Shown here: piece by piece, positions 14,512-24,550 of the stretch
Numbering within the stretch: position 1 is the stretch's first letter
Layout: each line of letters begins with the position of its first letter
Sequence record: OQ411014.1
Length of the DNA: 64,000 nucleotides
Direction: 5' to 3' (one strand)
The notes under the pieces: generated by a model
What the model was told of the DNA's origin: nothing
The model's input: only the letters and a program-made list of their open reading frames with translations
Database searches by the model: none
Program-made: the position numbers and the translations under genes

Positions 14512-15630
14512 ATGAAAATGACATCTGGTTTCGCTAACATCCTAAAAAGCAGTACTGCATCTGTAAAGAAAAACTCTGGCGTTAGTATGGGCTTCCATGA
14601 TCCTGACACTTGGGTTAGTACTGGTAACTTAGCATTGAACTACCGTATCAGTGGAGACTTTCGTAAAGGTATCCCACTAGGCAAAGTAACTATGTTTGCT
14701 GGTGAATCTGGTTCTGGTAAATCATTTATCGTTAGTGGAAACATTGCTCGTGAAGCACAACAACAAGGTATCTTCGTAGTACTAATTGACTCCGAAAACG
14801 CATTGGATAGTGATTGGCTTCGTGCTCTAGGTGTTGATACTTCTGAAGAAAAACTTCTAAAAATGAACATGGGTATGATTGGCGACGTTGCTAAATTCAC
14901 TTATGACTTCATTGAAGGTTATCGTAAAGAGTATGAAAACGTTCCACGTGAAGAACGTCAAAAAGTACTGTTCATCATTGACTCTATCGGTATGTTGAAT
15001 ACTGAAATTGCTAATGACCAAATGAAAGCTGGTACTATGAAAGGTGACATGGGTCACAAACCAAAACAACTAAAAGCGTACATCACTAACTGTGTGAACT
15101 CTTTAGGTGCATTGAATATGGGTATGGTCTGTGTAAACCACAGTTACGAATCCCAAGACATGTTCAACCCTGACCCAAAAATCAGTGGTGGTTCTGGTCT
15201 AGTATATGCATCCTCAATCGTAGTTGCGATGGGTAAACTAAAATTGAAAGAAGACCAAGATGGTAACAAAACATCTGATGTGAGCGGTATCCGTTCAAAA
15301 TGTAAAGTCATGAAGACTCGTTACAACAAACCATTTGAAGACGTAGAAATCAAAATCCCTTACGAGCGTGGCATGGACCCACTAAGTGGACTATTTGATA
15401 TGTTCCTCAAATACGAACTACTAACCAAATCCGGTAACCGTTATATGTATGTTGATATCGATACTGGTGAACAAATCCTCATGTTTGAAAAAGCATGGCG
15501 TCAAAATACAAACAAATCGCTTGAACTAGTAATGGAACAGTTCAATCGCCATCCTAATATCTCTCCTATCCTAGAAGATGATAAAGGTGATGAATCCTTT
15601 GGTGATGATATCCCAGACACTGAAGAGTAA
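14512..15630 (+). CDS. uvsX: RecA-like recombinase UvsX
   Basis: Walker A GESGSGKS, IDSENALD, IDSIG, SGGSGLVYASS, KTRYNKPF. Confidence 0.95.
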   Translation: MKMTSGFANILKSSTASVKKNSGVSMGFHDPDTWVSTGNLALNYRISGDFRKGIPLGKVTMFAGESGSGKSFIVSGNIAREAQQQGIFVVLIDSENALDSDWLRALGVDTSEEKLLKMNMGMIGDVAKFTYDFIEGYRKEYENVPREERQKVLFIIDSIGMLNTEIANDQMKAGTMKGDMGHKPKQLKAYITNCVNSLGALNMGMVCVNHSYESQDMFNPDPKISGGSGLVYASSIVVAMGKLKLKEDQDGNKTSDVSGIRSKCKVMKTRYNKPFEDVEIKIPYERGMDPLSGLFDMFLKYELLTKSGNRYMYVDIDTGEQILMFEKAWRQNTNKSLELVMEQFNRHPNISPILEDDKGDESFGDDIPDTEE

Positions 15631-15641
15631 AATAAATTCAC

Positions 15642-15667
15642 ATGGCTACTTTACGGTAGCCATTTTT
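15642..15667 (+). terminator. Intrinsic terminator
   Basis: ATGGCTAC-N6-GTAGCCAT then T run. Confidence 0.7.
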
Positions 15668-15695
15668 AATGCTAGTATAAAACCAAAGGAGTATA

Positions 15696-16163
15696 GTGAT
15701 GAGCAAACCTTGGCATTGGGTAATAAAAGCTGATAAAACTAAGATTGTTGATATGGTACAGTTCTTTGATGCTGAACTGGAACAAGCTCGTAAAGAGATC
15801 AAACAAGTTGGTGTTATCGAGAATATTGCAGCAAAACTCCCTTCTTACCATGAAGAGCGTTTTGGTCAACTACAACAAATCGAAGCAGTGATGGAAGTTC
15901 TTGAACTAGAAATGCGTAAACTCGAATCCGAAAAGTTTCAGTTCTTTCTAGAACACTATCGCCGTGCTTTGTCGTCTGCTGACTGTAAACGTTATGTTGA
16001 AGGTGACAAAGAAGTAGTAGAACAATCAGAACTAATCAACGAAGTTGCGTACATCCGTAACCAATACGTTGGTATCATCAAATCCCTAGAAATGAAAGCA
16101 TTCCAGATTAACAATATCGTTAAACTGCGTACTGCTGGAATTGAAGACGCTCGTATCGACTAA
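15696..16163 (+). CDS. uvsY: Recombination mediator UvsY-like
   Basis: Helical 155 aa with LSSAD..RYVEGD and IIKSLEMKAFQINNIVKLRTAG; follows uvsX. Confidence 0.8.
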   Translation: MMSKPWHWVIKADKTKIVDMVQFFDAELEQARKEIKQVGVIENIAAKLPSYHEERFGQLQQIEAVMEVLELEMRKLESEKFQFFLEHYRRALSSADCKRYVEGDKEVVEQSELINEVAYIRNQYVGIIKSLEMKAFQINNIVKLRTAGIEDARID

Positions 16164-16168
16164 TACAT

Positions 16169-16199
16169 TAGGACGCACATCATTGCGTCCTATTATTTT
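16169..16199 (+). terminator. Probable terminator hairpin
   Basis: TAGGACGCA-N6-TGCGTCCTA then T-rich tract. Confidence 0.65.
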
Positions 16200-16213
16200 A
16201 TATAAGGAATTAT

Positions 16214-17032
16214 ATGTCTAAACTAGAAGAATTCTTGAAGAACGTATCAGTACTGGATACTGAAACCACTGGCGTTGAAAGCGATGATGACATTATCGAA
16301 TTCAGCATTTCCTATCCACATGGTTGTCATGAGAATATTGACACTATCGACAACTACACTCTACGATACAAACCTCTAAAAGATATTCCCCCAGAAGCGA
16401 GTGCAGTCCACTTTATCAGTACTGAAGATGTAGCAAACTGTATCGGTTATGCTGATGATCTAGAAAACATTGATGCTCTTATGGGTTGCCGTAACTACCT
16501 GATTGGTCACAACGTCCAGTTCGACCGTCGTATGATTACTGATAATGAATTCAAACATCGTGGTTCAGTATCCGAATATCTACTTGACGATTCTCGTTGG
16601 ATCTGTACACTACGTCTGGCGAAGAAAATGTTCGCAGAAGATGTTGAATATAAAAACCTAACACTAAGTTATTTGTGGTACAAATTCGGTTGTTATCGTG
16701 ATGTTCATCGTGCAGTCAATGCCCACGCAGCAAAAGATGACGTTTTCATGTGCTACCAAGTACTGGTAAAACTCGTTGAAGTTGCTATTGAGCGTGGTCA
16801 CATTGACCCAACACAAGACATTGGCCCACAAATTACTGAATTCGTAAACACCCCAATCCGTTATACCGTGATGCCATTTGGTAAACACAAGGGTGAACAA
16901 ATGTCTGTAGTACCACTAAACTATATTGAGTGGATGATTCGGAACAGTGACGTTCTAAACGAAGACCAGCCGAACTATGACATGGACTTTGCACACACTC
17001 TAGCAGCAGAATATAGCGAACGTACTAACTAA
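16214..17032 (+). CDS. DEDDh 3'-5' exonuclease (exonuclease X / epsilon-like) with C-terminal MPFGKHKG domain
   Basis: LDTETTG, HNVQFD, HAAKDD, MPFGKHKG. Confidence 0.9.
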   Translation: MSKLEEFLKNVSVLDTETTGVESDDDIIEFSISYPHGCHENIDTIDNYTLRYKPLKDIPPEASAVHFISTEDVANCIGYADDLENIDALMGCRNYLIGHNVQFDRRMITDNEFKHRGSVSEYLLDDSRWICTLRLAKKMFAEDVEYKNLTLSYLWYKFGCYRDVHRAVNAHAAKDDVFMCYQVLVKLVEVAIERGHIDPTQDIGPQITEFVNTPIRYTVMPFGKHKGEQMSVVPLNYIEWMIRNSDVLNEDQPNYDMDFAHTLAAEYSERTN

Positions 17033-17053
17033 TACACAATAAGGAACTCATGG

Positions 17054-18538
17054 ATGAGTAATATTTGTAAGCTAACGCTTCAGGATGAAGTGAATTGTAA
17101 ATTTGAAGAGTTACCTATACAAGTTCGTAATGAGATGGTGAAAGCCGTCTCATACGTGCTACCGTATGCTAAATTCACCCCAGCAGGTCGTTTAGGACGT
17201 TGGGATGGTAAAGTAAACTTTATGAACTTAGGTGGTAGTACTTATTACCATATGCTTGATAAGTTACTACCAATCCTTGAGAAACATAACATTAGTATTG
17301 ACTTGGAAGATCAACGTATCCAACACAACTTCGAGTTCGACGAAATTGATGAGAATCTTTTCAGTTATGTTGAATTTGGTGCAGGTCACCACATGGAAGG
17401 TAAAAGTGTTGTTCTTCGTGAACACCAAGTGAACGCAATCAATGAATGTCTACGCAATCCGCATGGTCTATTGTTAGCTAGTACATCTTCTGGTAAGACA
17501 CTTATTACTGCTGGGCTATCGAAGTGCGTAGAAAAGTATGGACGTAGTATCATCATCGTTCCAAGTACTGACCTAGTACAGCAAACGTATAATGACTATG
17601 AAATGGTTGGATTAGATGCTGGTGTATTCTATGGTGATAAGAAAGAGTTGGGACACCAACACACTATCACAACATGGCAATCATTGAACTCTCTTTGGAA
17701 ACAAACCAAAAAGAATGAAATCCAACTGTCTGAACAAGACATTCATGACTTTATTGATGGTGTCGTATGTGTAATGGTCGATGAAGCCCACACAGCAGCA
17801 GCAGAAGCTCTACAATCAGTACTGGGACAAGTAATGAAGGATATCCCACTACGTTGGGGTCTAACTGGTACTATCCCTAAAGACCCAGTAGTAGCGGCTA
17901 AGATACGTTGTAATGTTGGTGATGTAATCTATACTATTACTGCAAAAGAACTACAAGATAAGAAAATTCTTAGTACTTGTAATGTAAACTGTATCAAACT
18001 AAAAAGTACTTTGAAGTTCGCAACATATCCAGAAGAGATGAAATATCTTGTAACTGACCGTGAGCGAATGGCGTACATTGCACAACTCATTTCTGCAATA
18101 TCCAGTTCAGGTAATACCTTGGTGCTGGTGGATAGACTTGAGGCAGGTGAACTACTTTGTGAGTTCTTGGGGATTCCCAAATCAGAATTCGTTCGAGGAC
18201 AAACTAAGAAGAAAGACCGCGAAGCATCGTATGGTGAGATTCGCTGGGCTGATAACCAAATACTGATTGCAACGTATGGTGTAGCGAGTACAGGTATTAG
18301 TATTTCACGTTTATACAATGTAGTACTGATTGAGCCAGGAAAGAGTTTCGTTCGTACCATCCAGTCCATTGGGCGTGGTTTGCGTCGTGCTGAAGATAAA
18401 GACCACGTAGAGATTTACGATATCAGTGGGTCTAACAAATACTCTGCTAAACACTCCAGAGAACGCATCGCGTACTATGAAGAAGTTCAGTACCCGTATA
18501 CAAAATTGGATGTAAAAGATTGGCAACAAAAAATGTGA
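17054..18538 (+). CDS. uvsW: SF2 DNA helicase UvsW
   Basis: LREHQ, STSSGKT, VDEAH, GLTGT, QSIGRGLR. Confidence 0.93.
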   Translation: MSNICKLTLQDEVNCKFEELPIQVRNEMVKAVSYVLPYAKFTPAGRLGRWDGKVNFMNLGGSTYYHMLDKLLPILEKHNISIDLEDQRIQHNFEFDEIDENLFSYVEFGAGHHMEGKSVVLREHQVNAINECLRNPHGLLLASTSSGKTLITAGLSKCVEKYGRSIIIVPSTDLVQQTYNDYEMVGLDAGVFYGDKKELGHQHTITTWQSLNSLWKQTKKNEIQLSEQDIHDFIDGVVCVMVDEAHTAAAEALQSVLGQVMKDIPLRWGLTGTIPKDPVVAAKIRCNVGDVIYTITAKELQDKKILSTCNVNCIKLKSTLKFATYPEEMKYLVTDRERMAYIAQLISAISSSGNTLVLVDRLEAGELLCEFLGIPKSEFVRGQTKKKDREASYGEIRWADNQILIATYGVASTGISISRLYNVVLIEPGKSFVRTIQSIGRGLRRAEDKDHVEIYDISGSNKYSAKHSRERIAYYEEVQYPYTKLDVKDWQQKM

Positions 18539-18562
18539 TAAAACGTATTTTTGTGATATAAT
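18533..18562 (+). promoter_or_regulatory. Middle-type promoter variant ATGTGATA-N11-TGTGATATAAT
   Basis: Spaced motif with one upstream mismatch. Confidence 0.6.
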
Positions 18563-18600
18563 CAGATGTGTTGATAAACAAAATAAAAGGAATTATATAA

Positions 18601-19038
18601 ATGGAACTTAGATCTAGCATTGCATTCATCGCTGACCAGAAGACACTAGACGTATTAGATGTGTTTTTGAATGACGATTCTATTATGGATGATATGGTAT
18701 CCTCAATTGATTACATTCAAGAGTTAGAACGTGCAGACACTAACGTCTGGCGTTGTAACACCAACGGTGATGAATGGGTCAACATCTATGAATTACAAGA
18801 GCGTATTGCAGCTAAGGATGAATCTCTAAAGTTTGATATCATCTATGCCAGTACTGATGCTAAGACGTTCATTGACGTGATTAGTATTAGTGGCAACTTC
18901 GATTCGTATGTAGATACTGATTTAGACAAAGTACAAGAACTATGTGAAACCTATGGTTTGGAGTTTTACGGTGCAGACGAAGTAGAAGATTACTACTACG
19001 ATGATGAAGAAGAATCTGAAGATGATGAGTACTACTAA
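18601..19038 (+). CDS. Hypothetical acidic protein
   Basis: AAGGA RBS; very acidic C-terminus. Confidence 0.7.
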   Translation: MELRSSIAFIADQKTLDVLDVFLNDDSIMDDMVSSIDYIQELERADTNVWRCNTNGDEWVNIYELQERIAAKDESLKFDIIYASTDAKTFIDVISISGNFDSYVDTDLDKVQELCETYGLEFYGADEVEDYYYDDEEESEDDEYY

Positions 19039-19049
19039 GGAGAAATGAG

Positions 19050-19553
19050 ATGAAAGTATTGACACCAGAAAATAAAACATTCGATATTGATATGGTTACT
19101 GACTGTATTCCAGAAGAGATGTTCTGTGTATTGGATTTGAGTGAGTATGGGGATTCAGATTTCTATTTCAAACATATCCTACACACTGTATCATTCAACA
19201 GTATCAGTGTGGATTTACAAATTGGTGATCGAGTGGTTCAAATCCCACTAGGTTGGCAGATTCTTCTAGGTGATGAAGAAACTGGTATGATTGAGATGTG
19301 CACTATCGAGAACCTTTTGAATATGAAAGATCCACTCGCTTATGTATACAATCCGATTCGTTCTATGTATGCTAAGTTTGAACCAATCAAAGTACTGCAA
19401 GTATATACTCTAACGCAGAAATGGCAGATTCCGTACCTACAGAAAAAGAACCTACTGTGTGTACCACTGCAATCAGGCTCTAATCCTCCGTGTGCATTCT
19501 TTGCGGATGAGAACGAGAAAATTCAAGATTTATATTTAGGAATTGGTGAGTAA
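19050..19553 (+). CDS. Conserved hypothetical beta-rich protein
   Basis: AAGGAG RBS; sequence recalls a protein often found after UvsW in related phages (from memory). Confidence 0.7.
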   Translation: MKVLTPENKTFDIDMVTDCIPEEMFCVLDLSEYGDSDFYFKHILHTVSFNSISVDLQIGDRVVQIPLGWQILLGDEETGMIEMCTIENLLNMKDPLAYVYNPIRSMYAKFEPIKVLQVYTLTQKWQIPYLQKKNLLCVPLQSGSNPPCAFFADENEKIQDLYLGIGE

Positions 19554-19554
19554 C

Positions 19555-20403
19555 ATGTTTGATTTCAGTACAACTAAAAAATCTTCAGAAGAAATAGAAC
19601 TGACCAAAGAAAGTAATATCAAACTGGACATGAACAATCTGTTAGCTAAGATTGATACAGCAGATTACAAATATTATGATTCACTCACTGATAAGGAGAA
19701 GAAGCACTTCACGCCTTATACAGTACTAAGGTGGGTGAGTTCACTTGATGACAGTATGCTCGTAACCTATGGTGCGAAGCGTGTTGAGGATATTTTTGGT
19801 AAGTGGAGTGCTGGTGGTAAAGAAGCACTAAACGAGCTACGTACTGAACTTCAATCTGCTGGCATCAATATCATCAGCATTGCAAAATATGAACACGGGA
19901 AATATGACTGGCGAATTAAGTTCGCCGTCCCGAACAAAGAAACTGCTGATAATCTAATGGAAGCTATGAAAGAGTTCACAATCACTGGCGGTGAAATCAT
20001 CTCTTTGATTGATAGTCTAACTGCTAAGTATCATTTGATTATGTTGAATGACATGGTGAATGATGGTTTCTGGAGTCTCAAGGAACACCCTGAGTTGGTA
20101 TATCAGTTATTATGTTCAGTATCTGATATGGTTGGGGCAGAGAAGCGAGCACACACATGGCTTCCTTTCCCAAAAGGTCTAAAAAACGTTGACAAAACCA
20201 TCTTTGAGATTATAAAATCTACACAAACTGGATTGACAGCAAACCAACTCACCGAAGAAGAGTATAAGATTTTGTTGTCAGGTTACAATAAGAGTTCTTT
20301 TACAGAGTTGCTTGATGAGATGGGATATCAAGAATCTGAGAAGAAAAGTACATTGAAACAATTCAAATCGGAATGTGAGAAATATGACCAGAGCTACAAG
20401 TAA
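19555..20403 (+). CDS. Putative clamp-loader small subunit (gp62-like) with insertion
   Basis: Y..LRW, N..FWSL..HPEL.Y.LL, H.W pattern loosely matches T4 gp62; start likely ATG 19555. Confidence 0.4.
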   Translation: MFDFSTTKKSSEEIELTKESNIKLDMNNLLAKIDTADYKYYDSLTDKEKKHFTPYTVLRWVSSLDDSMLVTYGAKRVEDIFGKWSAGGKEALNELRTELQSAGINIISIAKYEHGKYDWRIKFAVPNKETADNLMEAMKEFTITGGEIISLIDSLTAKYHLIMLNDMVNDGFWSLKEHPELVYQLLCSVSDMVGAEKRAHTWLPFPKGLKNVDKTIFEIIKSTQTGLTANQLTEEEYKILLSGYNKSSFTELLDEMGYQESEKKSTLKQFKSECEKYDQSYK

Positions 20404-21094
20404 GAGCACAGATTTTCAATGTTGTTTCTGTGATAAGAAATTCAAACGTGAAGAAACAATTCTTACTCATAAATGCACTAAACGCGACCGATACAATGAC
20501 CGAGACTCCCGCCAAATGCGGGAGGCTTTTCGTATCTATATGCATTTTATGACTTTCAACCGTATGAGCATTAAAAAAGGCGTAGAGCCTTTAATGCATT
20601 TCATCAAGTCCAAGTACTTCAATGAGTTCTATGATCTTGCGGGGTATGTACTACAAACTGACATACTAAACAAAGAAGATTTCATAACTAATATTATAAG
20701 TACTGGAAAAAAGGTATATGAATGGACTACCACAAAAACTCTAACAGAGTGGACTATTCAATGTATCAAGAATGAACACCCTACATATGCTGTAGAAAGA
20801 TCCATCCCTGCCTTAGTTGAATGGGGAGCATTGAATGAATGTGAATGGAACACTTTCTTTGCAAATGTTAGTACTGAACGTGCGATTCGTTGGCTTGAGA
20901 CAGGAAAGATCTCACCTTGGTTGATCTATACTGCTGCCCCTGAGAGTGGGAATAAACTATTATCGCGTTTTTCGGACACTGAATTGGATTACATTTACCA
21001 GTATATTGAACCTACGTTCTTCACTCGTAAGATGATCAAATACGATGCCGAGTGTAAACGTATTCGTGAATTACTGACAGGAGCCGGATTATGA
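20384..21094 (+). CDS. Hypothetical protein with N-terminal C2H-C zinc finger
   Basis: FQCCFCDKKFKREETILTHKC. Confidence 0.7.
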   Translation: MTRATSKSTDFQCCFCDKKFKREETILTHKCTKRDRYNDRDSRQMREAFRIYMHFMTFNRMSIKKGVEPLMHFIKSKYFNEFYDLAGYVLQTDILNKEDFITNIISTGKKVYEWTTTKTLTEWTIQCIKNEHPTYAVERSIPALVEWGALNECEWNTFFANVSTERAIRWLETGKISPWLIYTAAPESGNKLLSRFSDTELDYIYQYIEPTFFTRKMIKYDAECKRIRELLTGAGL

Positions 21095-21462
21095 CGAATA
21101 TCTATAACAAAACACCAAGCAATAAAAACCTTGATGCAGAAGCAGAACAGATGTATGATACAATGAACAATGTGAAGAAAGAAAAATCACAATCACCAAT
21201 TGTAAAGAGTGTTGGTCGCGTAACTGAGATAACTTTAGGTGATTCGAAGTTTTCAGTGCATGATCCAGTACGGATTGAAAATATCATCAAGTTAGCAGAG
21301 AAGCACGAATCCAGCATTACGCAAATTCGTCAATCTATTCGGTCAACGAATCTGGTTATAAAACAACTTCAACAGAGAGTTGGTTCGTTGGAATCTGAAC
21401 TGAAAGCTATAAAGGACAAATTGAACAATGGATATCAAAACGGATACGGCAGTTCATTATAA
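21091..21462 (+). CDS. Hypothetical coiled-coil protein
   Basis: Overlapping start/stop with neighbours; C-terminal heptads. Confidence 0.65.
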   Translation: MTNIYNKTPSNKNLDAEAEQMYDTMNNVKKEKSQSPIVKSVGRVTEITLGDSKFSVHDPVRIENIIKLAEKHESSITQIRQSIRSTNLVIKQLQQRVGSLESELKAIKDKLNNGYQNGYGSSL

Positions 21463-22072
21463 GAAAGCACGAACAGATATTGACATTGACTTTAAAGATG
21501 CTAAGTCTGTTATCGCACAATTGCCGTGTATTAGAAGTACTGAAAAGATTACTGAAGATGGATTGATGGTTCATAATAGTGGTGTTCATTTTGATAACAT
21601 ACCATTTGATCCTGTGAGTGGGTTAGCTAGTATTCAATACAAAGAAGCAGAAAGGTTAGGATATCAAAAGGTCGATATTCTATCACAATCTGCTTATGTA
21701 CACGTTCGAGACAGAGAACATTTGAAAGAGCTAATGGCACGCGAGCCTGATTGGGGGTTATTACTTGAACCTGAGATTGTAAACGAACTCTCACAAATCA
21801 AGAAGCACCTCACATTGCTAACCGTATGGAAACCTTCTTCCATTGATGAATTAGCTATGTTCCTTGCAATGATTCGCCCTGGTAAAAGGAAGTGTCAAAG
21901 TATGAATAGTTGGGATGAAGTAAAAGGGACTGTTTGGGATTATAGTACAATTGAGTTGAACGGTGAAGGTAAGAAACTACCATACTTCAAGAAGCCCCAT
22001 GCTTATGCATACAGCTTGATGATTGTAGTCCAACTAAATGCTCTAGTTGAGCATCTTATTTCTTCTTCTTGA
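21428..22072 (+). CDS. DnaE (Pol III alpha)-like catalytic fragment, C-terminal half of a split minimal enzyme
   Basis: TDIDIDF, HNSGV, GYQKVDIL, LAMIRPG, FKKPHAYAY match DnaE PDFDVDF, HAGGV, GLVKFDFL, VALFRPG, FNKSHSAAY. Confidence 0.85.
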   Translation: MDIKTDTAVHYKKARTDIDIDFKDAKSVIAQLPCIRSTEKITEDGLMVHNSGVHFDNIPFDPVSGLASIQYKEAERLGYQKVDILSQSAYVHVRDREHLKELMAREPDWGLLLEPEIVNELSQIKKHLTLLTVWKPSSIDELAMFLAMIRPGKRKCQSMNSWDEVKGTVWDYSTIELNGEGKKLPYFKKPHAYAYSLMIVVQLNALVEHLISSS

Positions 22073-22409
22073 GAGCAACATTCCGACGCTTGATACGTTT
22101 TGTAGGGATATTACTGAGAGAGATAACTGGTCCAGAAACAAAGTTTATGGTATCGGTATTAAATCTCTTAGTGTATCCTTCAAAAATTTCCATTTCTTCA
22201 CGTAAGAAAATACATACTGGAATAGAACGATTGCTTTGTTCCCACCAGTATTTTGCAAGACTAAGAAGTTCTTCTTGCTGAGACTCATCCATCATCTGGA
22301 AACAATACATAGTACTGTACTGTTTGCTTTTGATTTTGATGATTCCGTAGTAAGTGATACCGTCATGCTCAAGTACGGTCACGTAAGGGTAAGTTTTGTG
22401 ATTGTTCAT
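22056..22409 (-). CDS. Conserved hypothetical protein with basic C-terminus
   Basis: YYGII, WWEQSNRSIP..IFL, KRIKRR; TATAAATA box upstream on minus strand. Confidence 0.75.
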   Translation of the reverse strand: MNNHKTYPYVTVLEHDGITYYGIIKIKSKQYSTMYCFQMMDESQQEELLSLAKYWWEQSNRSIPVCIFLREEMEIFEGYTKRFNTDTINFVSGPVISLSNIPTKRIKRRNVALKKKK

Positions 22410-22417
22410 AGCACTTC

Positions 22418-22452
22418 CATAAATATTATATAATTAATACAAAGTATTTATA
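22418..22452. promoter_or_regulatory. Two oppositely oriented late-type boxes (CATAAATA on +, TATAAATA on -)
   Basis: 22418-22425 on plus and 22445-22452 on minus, in a 53-bp gap between divergent genes. Confidence 0.55.
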
Positions 22453-22462
22453 GGGAAAAATA

Positions 22463-23434
22463 ATGGCACATCATGGCTTATATATGTATCCGTGGAACAA
22501 CGAAGTATCATTAGGCAACTTCAACATGCCTTACAATAATGAGAATATCGTAATTTATCGCGGTGCTAACAACACATTGTCCTTCACTGTACATAACGCT
22601 GATGGAAAATACACCTTACTTAAAGATAACCAGTACTTAGTGTTCAGTATCTTTGATGCAAGAAATAACACTAAAATATTTGATACTACTTTGGAAAAAG
22701 TACAACCATCTTGGGTTTCTGAATCTGGACAAGCCAGACAAACTCTAGGTAATAAGAAAAAAGTTTACTACGGATGTTTAGTACCAGCAGGTGTCATACA
22801 AGATTTGAGTCCTGGTTCGAAGTACCGCTGGAGTATCATCAAAGTAACTATGGATGGATCTTTAATTGAACCAACTGAATACTTGTACACTGGTTTGGAT
22901 TATGAAGCTAGTGCTGAGTTGATTGTAAAAGACACTGCATCCCCTGCATTTGTTCCATCACAAGAGATTAGTGACAAACATAATTCCAGTTGGCTACCAA
23001 TCAAACACCCAGAGCGTGAACCTATTGCGAATGGTATCAAAGGTGATTTTGAAGTTCTTCATTCATCATCTATTCGTGCAGGTTGCCAATATGGTCTAGT
23101 TGAAGGATTGAGTACTATTGCCTTTTACTTTAAAAATTTCGTAGGTAGAATCCAGCTACAAGGTTGCTTGGCTAACAATAGCCCAATGGATTCTGAAAAC
23201 TACAAATGGTTCATCATTAAGTTAGATGACAAAGAGTACATTGAAAGTGGATTCGATGAGAATGGAATACCAAAAACAATTGATGGAATTCAACCATTTA
23301 ACTTCCGTGGTAACTTCATGTGGTTGCGGGTTGTGTGTGTCATACCACCAGTAGTTAGAAACTATCCACCTAATGAAGTAGTGAAGTTGTACGAACCACT
23401 GTTAACCGTTCCTAAAATTTTAATTCGACGATAA
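22463..23434 (+). CDS. Putative virion structural protein (beta-rich)
   Basis: IYRGANNTLSFTV N-terminus, late-type box upstream; no enzyme motif. Confidence 0.6.
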   Translation: MAHHGLYMYPWNNEVSLGNFNMPYNNENIVIYRGANNTLSFTVHNADGKYTLLKDNQYLVFSIFDARNNTKIFDTTLEKVQPSWVSESGQARQTLGNKKKVYYGCLVPAGVIQDLSPGSKYRWSIIKVTMDGSLIEPTEYLYTGLDYEASAELIVKDTASPAFVPSQEISDKHNSSWLPIKHPEREPIANGIKGDFEVLHSSSIRAGCQYGLVEGLSTIAFYFKNFVGRIQLQGCLANNSPMDSENYKWFIIKLDDKEYIESGFDENGIPKTIDGIQPFNFRGNFMWLRVVCVIPPVVRNYPPNEVVKLYEPLLTVPKILIRR

Positions 23435-23464
23435 TTGAGACATAATGGAAAAGTGTGATATAAT
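23435..23464 (+). promoter_or_regulatory. Middle-type promoter TTGAGACA-N11-TGTGATATAAT
   Basis: Spaced motif upstream of primase. Confidence 0.78.
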
Positions 23465-23492
23465 CGTTGATACGAAACATGAGGATAGCACA

Positions 23493-24539
23493 ATGAATCC
23501 AGTACAAATTATTATGGCGACAGTCATGAATGATCCAGTACCAGCATTAGGGGTCTGGAAGTCATACAACTGTCCAGCATGTGTTTATCGTGGTCAGTCC
23601 AGACCGGATGTTCGTCATCGCGGTAATCACATGTTTACGAACGAAGGTTCTGTAATCTACAACTGTTATAACTGTCACTTAAAGACAGGTTGGAGTCCTG
23701 GAAAATATATGAGCAAAGATATGGCATCTTTGCTCTCTTATTTTGGGATATCCCAGAAATCACAAACCGAACTTGACTTTTATATAAAAGAGATGGTTGA
23801 AAGTGGTGATTTCAATCAACAAGAAGAAACAGCAGCACAACGCTTATATCAGCGTATAACGAAACGAGAGTTTCCAAAAGGTACTAAGTCTTTCTTAGAT
23901 TGGGTGAATGAAGAAACAATCCCAAATGAGTTTCTTAGTGTCTTGAATGAAGTAAATGGAAGAAACCCGTACTTACTCGATTTGGATTTATATTGGAGTC
24001 CGTCGAAAGAGAACCGGATGTATGACAGATTTATTATTCCATATTACATGAACGGTCAGCTTGTCGGCTATACTGCTCGACATAAAGATTTGTCCAGTTC
24101 AATGAGATATGTGAACCATGTTAGTACTTCATTGTTGTATAACTTTGATTTACTGAACGATCCAAATATCAAAACAGTACTAGTAGCTGAAGGGCCAATA
24201 GATGCAGCATTGATGGGAGGTGTTTCAGCTAACAACTACTATCTTGGTGCAGCCCAAATTGAAGTACTATTGGCAGCGAAAGAACGAGGAAAACGTATTG
24301 TAATAGTTCCAGACCGAGATAAGGATGGTCTAGTTACAATAGAACAAGCGATAGAGTTAGGATTCTCTGTATCATTCCCTGATTATGGAACAGTACGAGA
24401 TTCTAAAGGTATCAGATATATAAAAGATTTCGATGAAGCATGTGCAAAGTACGGACGATTATTTTGCATTCAAATGATTCACTCCAGTATCGTGGATGAA
24501 GCATTCTATATTCGAGCACAGTCAGACAAATGGATTTGA
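23493..24539 (+). CDS. DNA primase (gp61/DnaG-like)
   Basis: Zinc-binding CPAC...CYNC, IIPY..G..VGYTAR, TOPRIM EGPIDA and DRDKDG; start moved to ATG 23493 (GAGG RBS, downstream of promoter). Confidence 0.88.
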   Translation: MNPVQIIMATVMNDPVPALGVWKSYNCPACVYRGQSRPDVRHRGNHMFTNEGSVIYNCYNCHLKTGWSPGKYMSKDMASLLSYFGISQKSQTELDFYIKEMVESGDFNQQEETAAQRLYQRITKREFPKGTKSFLDWVNEETIPNEFLSVLNEVNGRNPYLLDLDLYWSPSKENRMYDRFIIPYYMNGQLVGYTARHKDLSSSMRYVNHVSTSLLYNFDLLNDPNIKTVLVAEGPIDAALMGGVSANNYYLGAAQIEVLLAAKERGKRIVIVPDRDKDGLVTIEQAIELGFSVSFPDYGTVRDSKGIRYIKDFDEACAKYGRLFCIQMIHSSIVDEAFYIRAQSDKWI

Positions 24540-24550
24540 GGAAATAATAA

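Noticed and set aside
17929-18369. 146-aa minus-strand ORF within uvsW (and the many similar 60-140-aa nested ORFs)
   Set aside because: Fully nested in conserved enzyme genes with no independent signals.
19050-19553. Possible stand-alone Hint-like fold
   Set aside because: Only a vague beta-rich impression; no N-terminal Cys, no terminal HN, not supportable without a profile search.
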